From the NCBI GenBank assembly GCA_000092065.1, contig CP000581.1: a stretch of 64,000 bases of DNA. One strand, written 5' to 3'. Under the pieces are notes generated by a model. That model worked only from the letters and a program-made list of their open reading frames with translations. It ran no database searches and was not told the origin of the DNA. The translations under genes were made by a program, and so were the position numbers. The stretch comes from Ostreococcus lucimarinus (Eukaryota). Below are positions 18,978 through 30,559 of the stretch, one piece after another. Position 1 is the first letter of the stretch. Each line of letters starts with the position of its first letter.

Positions 18978-21269
18978 ATGGCGTCCGTCCCAAATCGGCG
19001 ACAAACGTCGAACGCAGTCGCCGCCGAACGATCGGAGCGTGGGCAGCGCGCGTCGACGAGCGGTGCGCGGCGAGGCGGTACGGACCCGGCGCTGGGTGTT
19101 GAGCCCAAGACTGCGGTTGAATCGAGCAATGCGACGGCGAGCGCGCCCGTGGATGGGCCGAAGTCCGCGGGTGAAGTCGCATCACCACCACCCGCGGTTG
19201 ATGCGATTGGGGACGGAAAGGAGATGGACGATTCCACGTACGACGACGAAGCCGAGGGCGAAGACAAAGCCGGTGATGCGACAGAGGAGGAGGAGGAGGA
19301 GGAGGAGGAGGAGGAGGAGGAGGAGGAGGAGGACGAAGACGACGAGGAAGAGGACCAAGAAGAAGAAGACGACGAGGAAGAAGGCGAGGACGAGGAAGAT
19401 GTGGCTGCGAACGATGGTCAGCAAAACGACGTCGCCAACTGCATCGGCGAGCACTGCTCCGACGCTATGAACGAGCAGATGTACCGCATCGTGGAAGACG
19501 TAGCGCTAAAAGCGGGGTTGGACGTGAACTCAAATGCAGCGGATGCGGAGAATGAGTTACTCGCGTTCGCAACTGGGGCAAGCGACGCCCCTCATACGAT
19601 GCAGGAAGAAGCGACGGATGAGCGCGTGGCGGCGCTAACCATGACGGTGATGATCGGCATCGTGTTGCTGACGGTGATGTTGGGCGTGATGTTGAAGCAC
19701 TACAAATCTCGATGGTTGAACTCGAGCGGTGCCGCTCTTCTACTCGGTATCGCCGTTGGATGCTTTGTGTTCCTTGGCTTGGAGCTATCTTATGAGACAA
19801 TGCCCGAAAACATGCGCTACACCATCAAGGCCTTCGCCCAGTGCATGCGGTTCGATACAAAGTTCTTCTTCTTAGTGCTCCTTCCGCCTTTGATTTTTGA
19901 AGCCGGTTACACGTTGCATCCGACGACGTTTTTTCAAAATGCCGACGCGATCTCAATGTTTGCTTTCGTAGGATCGCTCACGAGCGCGATATCGACCGGC
20001 GTGTTGATGTACGTGGCGGGCTTACTGGGCTGGAGTTATGAGTTTTCGTTGAAGAGCGCCATGTTGTTTGGAGCGCTGATTAGCTCAACCGATCCAGTCA
20101 CGACGCTTAGCATTTTCAGCGAATCACCGATATCCCCTGACGTGCACGCCATGATATTGGGCGAGAGTATTCTGAATGACGCCGTCACCATTGTGTATTT
20201 TGAGTCGCTCCTGCTTGGCATCGGCAACGCCGGCGATGTGACGGCGCTCGAGATGTTACAAACTGATGACGCTTTCACCCCGCTCATTTTACAAGCAATC
20301 GGCACATTCATGCTCGCTTTTGGGCAAGCGACTGCCGTTGGTGTTGGTATCGGGTGTTTCTCCGCCTTGCTGCACAAATACGTCAGCACGACGAGCTATT
20401 TCGAGGAAGGATGGGCCGTCGACTCGACGCTCGTGCTTTTGTTCCCGTACCTGAGTTATTCGCTCGCTGAATCTTTTGAGCTGAGCGGAATCGTATCCGT
20501 TCTATTCACGGGCATCATTATGGGTCGCTACACGCGTCCAAACCTCGCGCGAGCACCGCGCATGGTGACGATGTGCATTTTCAAAATTTTCAGCTTCCTT
20601 TCGGAGACGTTCGTGTTTGTATACATGGGGAGCGCGATGTACTCGTTCCGTGTCGAGCACGTAGTCACTGCGATAGTGGGACTGGTTGCATGCTATGTTG
20701 GACGCGCTGTGAACATATTCCCCGGATCTCTGTTACTGAACATGTCGTCGGCGAGGAAGAAGTCGCCAATTACACCGAATACGCAGTATCTCTTGTGGTT
20801 TTGCGGATTGAGAGGAGCCGTCGCCTTTGCGCTCGCCGTCAAGGCGCAGCGTGATCTTGGTGAACAAGGCCACGTCATGTTTGATGTGACACTCTTCATC
20901 GTGGCGTTCACGATAGTCATCCAGGGTGGTATGACACGTTGGGTCGTCGATTCGCTTCTCGAACCGACGACAGAAGCGCCCGCACAGCAAGACGAACCGA
21001 ACAAGCTGAGGCGCAACAGAAGCCTGGGAAGCTTTTTTAGATACATGAACGACATCGCAGAAAAGGTCATCGCGCCCATCTTGCTCGCGAAACGAGAGGA
21101 CGAGCACCTTGATGAGACCACATCTCTCTTGACGGGTGCGAGCGCAAGCGCGAGAGGGGCTCAACGCGAAGAGCTCGGCGAATCGCCGCGGTCGGCCAGA
21201 CACAGCGGGCTGGCGAGCGAGACCGTGGAGGCTGCGGTGGACAACACATTCTCACGAGATAATAGTTAG
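18978..21269 (+). CDS. Na+/H+ exchanger (NHE/NHX family) with an acidic poly-Glu N-terminal region
   Basis: Cation/proton exchanger core LLPPLIFEAGYTLHPTTFFQN, with multiple TM helices. The N-terminal poly-E comes from a (GAG)n tract. Confidence 0.85.
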   Translation: MASVPNRRQTSNAVAAERSERGQRASTSGARRGGTDPALGVEPKTAVESSNATASAPVDGPKSAGEVASPPPAVDAIGDGKEMDDSTYDDEAEGEDKAGDATEEEEEEEEEEEEEEEEDEDDEEEDQEEEDDEEEGEDEEDVAANDGQQNDVANCIGEHCSDAMNEQMYRIVEDVALKAGLDVNSNAADAENELLAFATGASDAPHTMQEEATDERVAALTMTVMIGIVLLTVMLGVMLKHYKSRWLNSSGAALLLGIAVGCFVFLGLELSYETMPENMRYTIKAFAQCMRFDTKFFFLVLLPPLIFEAGYTLHPTTFFQNADAISMFAFVGSLTSAISTGVLMYVAGLLGWSYEFSLKSAMLFGALISSTDPVTTLSIFSESPISPDVHAMILGESILNDAVTIVYFESLLLGIGNAGDVTALEMLQTDDAFTPLILQAIGTFMLAFGQATAVGVGIGCFSALLHKYVSTTSYFEEGWAVDSTLVLLFPYLSYSLAESFELSGIVSVLFTGIIMGRYTRPNLARAPRMVTMCIFKIFSFLSETFVFVYMGSAMYSFRVEHVVTAIVGLVACYVGRAVNIFPGSLLLNMSSARKKSPITPNTQYLLWFCGLRGAVAFALAVKAQRDLGEQGHVMFDVTLFIVAFTIVIQGGMTRWVVDSLLEPTTEAPAQQDEPNKLRRNRSLGSFFRYMNDIAEKVIAPILLAKREDEHLDETTSLLTGASASARGAQREELGESPRSARHSGLASETVEAAVDNTFSRDNS
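19285..19332 (+). repeat. (GAG)16 trinucleotide microsatellite encoding poly-Glu inside the NHX gene
   Basis: Perfect gag repeats are read directly. GA-rich imperfect repeats extend to about 19400. Confidence 0.9.
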
Positions 21270-21599
21270 CTAGCTTAGCACGCGCGCGTTCATAGCATCG
21301 AGACGCGTGTAATTCTTTCAAACAAACAGCAAAATTGACGAGCCAACTCTTGCCCGATGCTGACTCGGCAGACCGTGGAACATCATTCGAGCGCGCGAAC
21401 GGTGTCTGCTCGTACGCACCTCGCGCGGCGGCGACGAGTACCATACGAAACAAAAAAACAGACACCCCACTGGTTTCGTACGCCTGGACGCGCCGTACAT
21501 CCGTTCAAACGCGTGCTCTCGTCGTCAACGGCATCTAACGATTGCGCCCGACCGAATCGACGTTTCATCAGGATTCTGCGCGAGGCGAGTAAGGGAGCG

Positions 21600-23249
21600 A
21601 TGGACAATATAGATAACGTGCGCGGTACGGCGGTGTTGGACTCACCGTCACTGAATAAAGGCACGGGATTCACATTTACGCAGCGTGAGCGTCTGGGCTT
21701 GCGCGGTTTGCTTCCGCGCAAGTACGAAACCGTCGAGATTCAGGTGAAACGCGCGTGGACGCAGTTGTGCGCGTTCGAGGAAGATATGAACAGGTATATC
21801 TTTCTCGAAAATTTGCACATGCAGAACGAGCGGTTGTTCTATCGCGTACTCGTGGAACATCTCGAAGACTTGATGCCGATCGTGTACACGCCCACCGTCG
21901 GCGAGGCGTGCATCAACTTTGACGCACTCTACCGTAATCGCTGCGGAATGTATTTTAGTCGGTTAGATTCCGGCGTGATGCGACGGATGCTTGATAATTG
22001 GCCTTCTCCCGAGACCGAAATCATCGTCGTCACGGATGGAGGCCGAGTGCTCGGTCTCGGCGATTTGGGCACAAATGGGATGGCCATCTCGGTTGGAAAA
22101 GTGAGTCTCTACGTTGCGAGTGGAGGCTTCGATCCGGCGAAGTCGATGCCGGTTTGCTTGGATTTGGGCACAAGCAACGTCGCTCTGCGCGCGCACGACT
22201 TCTATCTGGGTGCGGATGAACCCCGCCTTACGGGTGACGCGCATCTCGCCGTGGTGACAGAATTTTGTCTCGCCGTAAAAGATAAATGGCCGAATTGTCT
22301 GATTCAGTTTGAGGATTTCAAAACTGAAGACGCGTTTAGGATTCTCGATCACATGCGCCATAAGGTTTTATGCTTCAATGACGACATACAAGGAACCGGG
22401 GCGACCATTTTAGCAGGCCTCATCAACGCGCTTCGAGCGCAAGGAACGCCGACAAAAGACGCGCGAATAATATTTTTCGGCGCGGGTTCGTCGGCCATCG
22501 GAGTGTCGACGCAGATCATACAGCTACTGATGAGCGAGGGGTTGAGCGAGGAGGACGCGCGGCAGTCGATTTATCTAATGGACTCTAAAGGTTTAATCAC
22601 TGACCAACGCGAGGATTTCGCAGGACTCTCGGATCAAAAGAAGCAGTTCGCGCAAGTCGGTGTCGAACCTTGCGACGACTTGGGCGCTCTGATTCAACGC
22701 GTAAAGCCGCATGCATTGTTTGGGTTGTCTGGTTTTGGTCCTGTGTTTACGCGGGAACACATCGAAATGCTGTGCGACCACATCGGCAAGCCCATCGTGT
22801 TTCCGCTCTCCAACCCGACAAGTAAGGCGGAAATCACCGCGCTTGACGCGTACACTTGGTCCAAGGGAAAGTGCTTATTTGCTGCGGGATCGCCGTTCGA
22901 TCCAGTCGTGATCGATGGTAAGACGTACACGCCTGGTCAAGGGAACAATATGTTCATCTTTCCCGGCGTCGGCTTCGCCGCCGTGAGCATTCAAGCAGAA
23001 TACGTTCCGGATTCCTTCTTTCTTTGTGCCGCGCGCGCGCTCGCCGCTATTGTCCCCGATGAGGACGTTCGCTCTGGCACCATTTATCCTTCTGTTTCTA
23101 TAATCCGTGACATCTCTCGTCAAGTCGCCGTGGCCGTGGCGAATCACGCGTACGACGTCGGCGTGGCCAAGCTCTATCCGCGACCGGGCGACATGAACGC
23201 ATTCATCGCCGAGCGCATGTACTTCCCCATGAACGACGGCGCGGTCTGA
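21600..23249 (+). CDS. NAD(P)-dependent malic enzyme
   Basis: Malic enzyme motifs: FNDDIQGTGA, FFGAGSSAIGV (a dinucleotide-binding GxGxxG) and GSPFDPV. The ORF track begins at 21357, but the conserved N-terminus starts at MDNIDNVRG (ATG 21600). Confidence 0.85.
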   Translation: MDNIDNVRGTAVLDSPSLNKGTGFTFTQRERLGLRGLLPRKYETVEIQVKRAWTQLCAFEEDMNRYIFLENLHMQNERLFYRVLVEHLEDLMPIVYTPTVGEACINFDALYRNRCGMYFSRLDSGVMRRMLDNWPSPETEIIVVTDGGRVLGLGDLGTNGMAISVGKVSLYVASGGFDPAKSMPVCLDLGTSNVALRAHDFYLGADEPRLTGDAHLAVVTEFCLAVKDKWPNCLIQFEDFKTEDAFRILDHMRHKVLCFNDDIQGTGATILAGLINALRAQGTPTKDARIIFFGAGSSAIGVSTQIIQLLMSEGLSEEDARQSIYLMDSKGLITDQREDFAGLSDQKKQFAQVGVEPCDDLGALIQRVKPHALFGLSGFGPVFTREHIEMLCDHIGKPIVFPLSNPTSKAEITALDAYTWSKGKCLFAAGSPFDPVVIDGKTYTPGQGNNMFIFPGVGFAAVSIQAEYVPDSFFLCAARALAAIVPDEDVRSGTIYPSVSIIRDISRQVAVAVANHAYDVGVAKLYPRPGDMNAFIAERMYFPMNDGAV

Positions 23250-23435
23250 GCGTGTCAACATCGCGTGATTTCTGACGCCGCGATCGCGCGCCGTTGCGAA
23301 AGCAGCCCGTTCTCTTGTAAAAATCTTCATCATTTTCGCGCGCGCGCCGCTCGGCTGAAAAAGTCGGACAAACGGCGCCCTCTCGAGCCACCCCGGCTGC
23401 GTCGCGTGGCGTCAGAAATCGACTCCGCGAGAACG

Positions 23436-26372
23436 ATGGGAGGCCTTTACGTCGTCAAGCGCGACGGTCGCGAAGAACCCGTGGCGTTCGACAAGATCAC
23501 GGCGCGCATTAAAAAGCTCGCCTATGGCTTGTCCCAAGAGTTCTGCGATCCGGTGCGTCGACGACGCGCGCTCGATGCGATTACTACGACGGGTTCGTTT
23601 GAATCGTTGAATGATGGCCGGCTCAACGAATCGGCGCGGACGTGTCTCGCGCGAGCGTTGAAACGGTGATTCGGCGCTCGGAAGCGGTGCACGAAAACAT
23701 CTTGCACGCGTCCATTGTTCGTCGACGCCCGTTGTTCGCTCGCGCGGCGCACGCGCCGCGCATGCATCACCTCGATCTCGCCTCTTCGCGACGTCGCGAG
23801 TTCGACAGGTGCAAAATTCAAAAAATTCAAATTGGCCTCTGATGGAATTTTTGAATTGACACCGCGTGGGGAAACGCGTCGACGGCGCGCGAACGCGATG
23901 TAACATCGCGAACGCGCGCTCGTGAACGAAAAACACACACTGACCGATCGCTTCATCGCTTTTTCGCCGTAGGTGATCGTCGCGCAAAAGGTGTGCATGG
24001 GCGTGTTTGCCGGCGTCACGACGAAGGAGTTGGATGAGCTCGCGGCGGAAACCGCGGCGTCGATGACTTCCAAGCACCCGGATTACGCGCAACTCGCGGC
24101 TCGCATCGCCGTGTCTAACTTGCACAAGACGACGAAGAAGTCATTCAGCGAGACAATGACGCAAATGTACGAGCACGTGAATGAGCGCAACGGCAAGTGG
24201 TCACCGTTGCTCGCGGACGACGTGTACGAAATCATCAAGGCGAACGCCGAACGTCTCGACGCGGAGATTGTGTACGATCGCGACTTCGAGTACGATTACT
24301 TCGGTTACAAGACTCTTGAGCGCTCGTATTTGTTGCGAATCGATGGTAAGGTGGTCGAACGCCCGCAGCACTTGCTCATGCGCGTGTCGATAGGCATCCA
24401 CAAGGAGGATATTGAAAAGGCCGTCGACACGTATCACATGCTCAGCGAACGCTGGATGACGCACGCGTCGCCGACGCTGTTCAACGCTGGTACGCCGCGC
24501 CCGCAGCTTTCGTCTTGCTTCTTGATTGCCATGAAAGAAGACTCCATCGAAGGTATCTACGATACCTTGAAGGAGTGCGCGTGCATCTCCAAGTCCGCTG
24601 GCGGCATTGGTTTGTCCATTCACGACATTCGCGCCACGAGCTCTTATATTCGCGGCACGAACGGTACGTCCAACGGCATCATCCCGATGTTGCGTGTGTT
24701 CAACGACACGGCGCGTTACGTCGACCAAGGTGGCGGCAAGCGCAAGGGTGCTTTCGCCATCTACATCGAACCGTGGCACGCGGACATCTTCGACTGGCTT
24801 GACCTTCGCAAGAATCACGGCAAAGAAGAAGCGCGCGCTCGCGATCTCTTCTATGGGTTGTGGACGAACGACTTGTTCATGAAGCGCGTCGAGGCGAACG
24901 GCGATTGGACGTTGATGTGCCCGAATGAGTGCCCGGGCTTGGCCGATTGCTGGGGTGAGGAATTCGAAACCCTCTACCAAAAGTACGAAGCCGAAGGCAA
25001 GGGCAAGAAAACCATCAAGGCGCAACAGTTGTGGTTCGCGATTCTCGAGTCTCAGGTGGAAACTGGTAACCCGTACATGCTCTTCAAGGATGCGTGCAAC
25101 CGCAAGTCCAACCAACAAAACCTCGGCACGATCAAGTCTTCCAACCTGTGCACCGAGATTGTGGAGTTCACGAGCCCGGAGGAAACGGCGGTCTGCAACT
25201 TGGCTTCCATCGCGCTCCCACGATTCGTTATCGAGAACAACCCGTCTTCGCCCACTGGTCGCACGGAGGTGAAGAAGCTCGTCGGTTCTCTGAAGGCGAA
25301 GGAACGTTATTTCGACCACGATAAGTTGTTCGAAATCACGCGAAAGGTTACGCGCAATCTGAACCGCATCATCGACGTCAACTACTACCCGGTGGAGACG
25401 GCGAAGCGCTCGAACATGCGTCATCGCCCCATTGGTCTCGGTGTGCAAGGTTTGGCGGATGTCTTCATCCTTCTTGGCTTGGCTTTCGACTCTCCGGAAG
25501 CGCAAAAGCTCAACGCTGAAATCTTCGAAACGATCTACTTCGCTGCGCTCACGGAATCCAACGCGCTTGCCGTCGTCGAAGGTCCCTATACGACGTACGA
25601 AGGGAGTCCGGTTTCAAAGGGCATCTTGCAACCCGACATGTGGGGTTTGACGCAAATGCCGGGCGGTGACCGTCACGACTGGGCTGGCCTGCGTGCGGCG
25701 ATCGCGCAACACGGTGTTCGCAACTCGCTGCTCGTTGCCCCGATGCCGACCGCGTCTACTTCTCAAATTCTCGGCAACAACGAGTGCTTCGAACCGTACA
25801 CGTCGAACATCTACGCGCGACGGGTGTTGTCCGGCGAGTTTACCGTCGTAAACCAGCACTTGCTTTCGGATTTGACCGAGCTTGGCTTGTGGGATCCCGA
25901 ATTGAAGAACTCCTTGATCGCCAACAATGGTTCAGTCGCTGATTTGGAAATTCCGGAGAACCTCAAGGCCATTTACAAGACGGTTTGGGAAATCAAACAA
26001 CGCATCCTCGTCGACATGGCGGCGGACCGCGGCGCCTTCATCGACCAGTCGCAGTCTTTCAACGTGCACATGAGCGATCCTAACAGCGGTAAGCTCACGT
26101 CGTTGCACTTCTACGCGTGGAAGAAGGGTTTGAAGACCGGTATGTACTACCTCAGATCTCGCGCGGCCGCGGACGCCATCAAGTTCACCGTCGACGTCAA
26201 GCAAAAGCAGGTGACCAAGGTTGACAAGGAAAACGAAGCGCCGGCGTCGCCGCGCAAGCCGACCAAGGCTGACCTTGATAAGATGTCGGAGGAAGAGAAG
26301 GAAGCCTACCTCGCCGCCAAGCTCCAATGCAGCTTGACGAACAAGGACGATTGCGTCATGTGCGGCGCGTAA
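23436..26372 (+). CDS. Ribonucleotide reductase large subunit (class I, alpha). Two exons (23436-23552 and 23973-26372); the intron at 23553-23972 is GT-AG.
   Basis: Exon 1 encodes the ATP-cone start [39 protein letters not shown]. Donor is GTGCGT at 23553. Acceptor is ...cgccgtag at 23971-23972. Exon 2 continues [29 protein letters not shown]..., collinear with eukaryotic R1. Catalytic motifs include [16 protein letters not shown] and the C-terminal Cys pair CVMCGA. Confidence 0.9.
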
Positions 26373-26541
26373 ACGCGGAAAATTGTCGCGAATTGCTTCA
26401 CGATTTTGCGCGCGCGCTCTCGAGAGCTTAGTTGATTTAGGTTCGTTTTCTTCACCTCCTCGACGACGTCATCATCTCGTCTACTTCTAAATTGTAACGA
26501 ATGGAAATGCATTAACCCACGTCCCACTCGCGTTTGACTTC

Positions 26542-29500
26542 TTGGCGCTCCGCGCGCGCCGCTCTGGATGCGAAAATCAACGACCGCCTCATCTCGCGCC
26601 TCGCGCCATGGACCCCAACGGGCGGGCGTTCTATCCCGGCGGTGGTGCCGTGCACTACGCCCACGCGGGCGCCGCGCACGATCATGCTTACGGCTCGGGC
26701 GTCGTCGCGCCTCACGCCCCCGGTCCCGTCGCGCTGCTTCCCGCGTTCGCGTTCGACGCGAGCACGACGCTGCAACCCGAGCTCTTGGACGAAGGTCATC
26801 TGCCACCGAGAATTACCTCGATCGCGTTCGATCTCGGCGAAGAGTTACTGTATTGCGGCACCGAAGACGGATGGTTGACCGCCATGTACGCTCCGACGCT
26901 CGGTCGACACGTCTCCGTCGAAGCGCACGCGCACGCCATCACGCAAGTCGTGCCGTTGGCGAGCGGAGCGCTGAGCCTGAGCGCGTCGAGCGTGACGTTT
27001 CACACGAGTGGGGGAGTGGAAACGCTGCGATGCGCGCAGTGCGACGGCGAAAGAAACGCGTTGAAAGCGATGGCGTATCAACATCCAAACGGGCGAATCG
27101 CGGGTAAGCTGTTCGTCGGGCGCGCGACGCCAGTCATCGAACAGTACGACATGACGAGAGGCGTGTTGTTGAAATCCGCCGAGACGAGTCAAGGCTGCGA
27201 GACCATGGATTGGGGGACCCAGCGCTCGTTGCTCGTCGTCGGACAGGTAAATGGTGAGCTTAGTTTTCGCGACGCGCGAAATAGCATGCGTCAAGAGCTA
27301 GTAGCCACGGCACACGGGTCCGGCACCGTCAAGTGCGTCACGGCGAAGGGAGATCTTGTCGTGACGTGCGGCACGACGCTCAGGGCTGGACAAGTGGTGT
27401 TGGACCAGTTCATTAAGGTGTTTGACGTGAGGTTCAACGCGAGATTAGTGAATCAGATACAATTTCCCGCAGGTCCAGTGTCGGTGGAATTTAATCACGG
27501 CTACGAGTCTCCGACGCTGAGCATAGCTGGCGCCACCGGCGCCGTGCGAACGCTCGATGTGACGAATCCTGCGGTGGCCCCGTTCAACTATCAAATCGAC
27601 ACGCATGGTGCTTCCATAGTCGGTCAAAGTGTGTGTTCGACCGGTGAGATGGTTGCGTTCAACGATGATTCAGGTTGGGTGCACATATACAGCTCGAACG
27701 AGGAACCGTACGTGAACAACGAGTCGTTTCCTACGGCGCCGGTGGACGAGGTCGTGCTGTCGCAGCAACGTTTCGAGCTTCCCGAGGAGTTATTAGCGTG
27801 TGGTCTCACCGCGGAAGAGGTGAACCCCGCCAAGGCTGAATACAAGTCGAATTCCAGTTTGCACGGCGCCAAAGTGATCGAGACGAAGAAGAAGGGCTTG
27901 CCAGAAATGTACGCGCGGGTGGAGTGCAATCGCTCGGCAATGACGGCAGAGAGGCGTTATGAGGAGTTTGACTTTTCAGCGTATAATAAGACGCGATTGC
28001 CGGGGTTGACGAACGACTTGGCGAATTGCTACGTTAACCCGGTGCTACAGATGTTGAATTTCGTGCCGGAGTTGCGTTCGAAGGTTGTCGGACACACGTG
28101 CGAACGGGAGTTTTGTTTGACGTGCGAAATGAGCTTTTTGTCGCACATGCTGAGCGCCTGCCCGCCAGGACTCGCGACGCAGCCTCTTAACTTTTTGCGC
28201 ACGCTTCGCCAGGTGCGCGAAGCAGCGGCACTTGGTTTAATCGAAGGTCACGATGAGCTTGAAGCTCGCGCCGAGCATTCTCCCATTCGCCGCGTGCAGG
28301 CGTTTTTGCGATTTATTTTAGAGCAATTGAACAAGGAAGAATTGTCGAGACGGCAAGCGCTCGGCGATATCGCCCCGACGGGTCCCACAGCTTGTGAGTC
28401 AATTTTTGGAACGATTTCAAAAGAGACGCTCAAATGCACGCAATGCGCGGTGACCGCATCAAAGGAAATACGAAACTTTCAAGTGGATTTGCAGTACCCT
28501 TCGACGAGAGACGGTCAACGGCCGGCGTTCGTGGATTTGCTGAGCAAGTCACTCGCCGTTTCGCAAGAAATGCGCGCGTGGTGCGAAGGACACAAGGCAT
28601 ATACGCGCATGAAGCAAAACCGCTTGCCTCTGTCGCTGCCGACCGTGCTGTCCGTGAATCTCGGCATGGCTGACTTGAAGGATTTGCACTGGTGGGGCGT
28701 AGACACGCTCGCACCTCCGACGATGGACGCGTTCGGTGGCAAGGTTGAAGAACGATGGCTACCGCATTTCATTCAAGTCGTGCTGGATGTAGATAAGAAG
28801 ACACTCGAAGCTAAACATGCGCTGGATCAGTCGCAGTTCCAAGACGTGGGGAACTCTGAAGTGTACGAGCTCACCGGACTCGTCGTGTTTAGTCGAAACA
28901 TCGACGACGAAATCAAAAAGGGTTCTGATTTACGGCAGACCAAGACTTCCGATATTTCCGGTCATCTGGTGAGCTTCATCAAGGTAAAGCCACCGTACGT
29001 AGACGTCGCGGGCGACTTCACGGCGTCGCCAAGAAAGCCTGGAAGCACGCCGGGCGTTTCGCCACTCAACAAGTCGGATGTCACGGTGAAAACGAGCGCG
29101 ACAGATGCGACTAGCCTGCCGCCCGCCGCGCCGACGACGAGTCCCAGTACACCAGCGACGGCTCGTACGTCGGCTCCAGGCACGCCCAACGAGTGGTTGC
29201 TGTTTAACGACTTCGTGGTCAGTCAAGTTTCCAGGGACGAAGTCACACAACTGTACGGACAGCTGAAAGTTCCATGCCTTTGCATGTACACAAAGGTTGA
29301 GAAGCCCGCGCCGCTACCGCTACCGCCGTCGCCGATAACCTTTGAGCTGTACAGGAAAATTACACTGGATATGTCTGTTCCTCGAGGGATGCCGTTTGTG
29401 CCGTTCTCGTGCGTCGGCGAAGATACGCCCGGTCCGGGAGTCTTGCTCGGCATCGACGCCGAGTTTGTCTCGCTCGCGCCGCCGATCATGTCCACTCGCG

Positions 29501-30420
29501 ACGACGGCACCGAGTATGAATCGGTGCCCGCACGGCTTGGATTGGCGCGTGTTTCAGTCGTGCGCGGTCACGGGGATAAAAAGTTGACGCCTATAATCGA
29601 CGACTACATTCGCGCGGTCGAGCCCGTGCACGATTACTTGACGCGATTCAGTGGTTTGGTACCAGGCGATTTGGATCCAGCGACGAGTCGGCATTTCATC
29701 ACGCAGCTGAAGCACGCGTACCTGAAACTTCGTTATTTGATCGACGCCGGATGCATTTTCGTTGGGCATGGCTTGAAACAGGATTTCAAGATGATTAACA
29801 TCGTCGTCCCTCCCGAGCAAGTCATCGACACCGTAGAACTTTTCCATTTCAAGCGCCAGCGCAAGTTATCGCTCAAGTTTCTGGCGACGTACTTGCTCGG
29901 CGAAGACATTCAAGGTGAAACACACGACTCCATCGAAGACGCGCGTACTGCGGTGAAGCTTTACGAGAAGTATCTCGATCTGCAAGCTCGAGGCGAGTTT
30001 GAATCAGAGCTTTTGGAAATTTATCGCTTCGGCAAGAAGTACGGCTTCAAGGGAGAGTCGAAGGACGACGACGTTTCCAAAGCGAACGAGGGCTTGATGA
30101 GTGCTGAGTCATGGGCGAATTTGCAGCAGGATATGTCCGCGCTCGGTATGTCGGACGACGGTGGTGTATCCTTGCTAGAGTTTGCGCAACCGCAGCAAAG
30201 GGCTACTCGATTCGGCGTGGAGCGGGCGCAAATGGCACCACCGTTCATGTCGCAAATGGCGCCGGCGCAAATGAGCGAAATGGTGGTGGGATTCGGCAAC
30301 GCACCACCGATGCCGACAAACTCTCAGCGCGGGATGCCCGGCGGTCCGCCGCCGTTGCCTCCATTACGTGCGCCGATGCCGCCGCCGTTTCCTCCGCCCA
30401 ACCAACGGCAATGGGGATGA
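26542..30420 (+). CDS. PAN2: PAN2 poly(A)-specific ribonuclease subunit (WD40, inactive UCH-like domain and a DEDD exonuclease)
   Basis: The UCH-like segment is NDLANCYVNPVLQMLNFVPELR. The DEDDh exonuclease residues are GIDAEFV..., HDYLTRFSGL and HDSIEDARTAVKLY. The N-terminal half has WD-like repeats. The start is either 26542 or the in-frame ATG 26608 (MDPNGRAFYPGG). Confidence 0.9.
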   Translation: MALRARRSGCENQRPPHLAPRAMDPNGRAFYPGGGAVHYAHAGAAHDHAYGSGVVAPHAPGPVALLPAFAFDASTTLQPELLDEGHLPPRITSIAFDLGEELLYCGTEDGWLTAMYAPTLGRHVSVEAHAHAITQVVPLASGALSLSASSVTFHTSGGVETLRCAQCDGERNALKAMAYQHPNGRIAGKLFVGRATPVIEQYDMTRGVLLKSAETSQGCETMDWGTQRSLLVVGQVNGELSFRDARNSMRQELVATAHGSGTVKCVTAKGDLVVTCGTTLRAGQVVLDQFIKVFDVRFNARLVNQIQFPAGPVSVEFNHGYESPTLSIAGATGAVRTLDVTNPAVAPFNYQIDTHGASIVGQSVCSTGEMVAFNDDSGWVHIYSSNEEPYVNNESFPTAPVDEVVLSQQRFELPEELLACGLTAEEVNPAKAEYKSNSSLHGAKVIETKKKGLPEMYARVECNRSAMTAERRYEEFDFSAYNKTRLPGLTNDLANCYVNPVLQMLNFVPELRSKVVGHTCEREFCLTCEMSFLSHMLSACPPGLATQPLNFLRTLRQVREAAALGLIEGHDELEARAEHSPIRRVQAFLRFILEQLNKEELSRRQALGDIAPTGPTACESIFGTISKETLKCTQCAVTASKEIRNFQVDLQYPSTRDGQRPAFVDLLSKSLAVSQEMRAWCEGHKAYTRMKQNRLPLSLPTVLSVNLGMADLKDLHWWGVDTLAPPTMDAFGGKVEERWLPHFIQVVLDVDKKTLEAKHALDQSQFQDVGNSEVYELTGLVVFSRNIDDEIKKGSDLRQTKTSDISGHLVSFIKVKPPYVDVAGDFTASPRKPGSTPGVSPLNKSDVTVKTSATDATSLPPAAPTTSPSTPATARTSAPGTPNEWLLFNDFVVSQVSRDEVTQLYGQLKVPCLCMYTKVEKPAPLPLPPSPITFELYRKITLDMSVPRGMPFVPFSCVGEDTPGPGVLLGIDAEFVSLAPPIMSTRDDGTEYESVPARLGLARVSVVRGHGDKKLTPIIDDYIRAVEPVHDYLTRFSGLVPGDLDPATSRHFITQLKHAYLKLRYLIDAGCIFVGHGLKQDFKMINIVVPPEQVIDTVELFHFKRQRKLSLKFLATYLLGEDIQGETHDSIEDARTAVKLYEKYLDLQARGEFESELLEIYRFGKKYGFKGESKDDDVSKANEGLMSAESWANLQQDMSALGMSDDGGVSLLEFAQPQQRATRFGVERAQMAPPFMSQMAPAQMSEMVVGFGNAPPMPTNSQRGMPGGPPPLPPLRAPMPPPFPPPNQRQWG

Positions 30421-30559
30421 AAACGAACAGGACGATGTACAATTGAAATGTAATCTAATGCAACCAGTCCGCAACCGGTACGTTTGATATCGCCGGCGAG
30501 CGTTTTCTCCTCTCGCTTCCTCCTCCTTTTGGATAGAGCGACACTGCGCGACTGACGGC

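Noticed and set aside
24201-25505. 434-aa minus-strand ORF
   Set aside because: It lies entirely inside, and antisense to, the ribonucleotide reductase large-subunit gene. It is an artefact of the absence of stop codons in GC-rich antisense frames.
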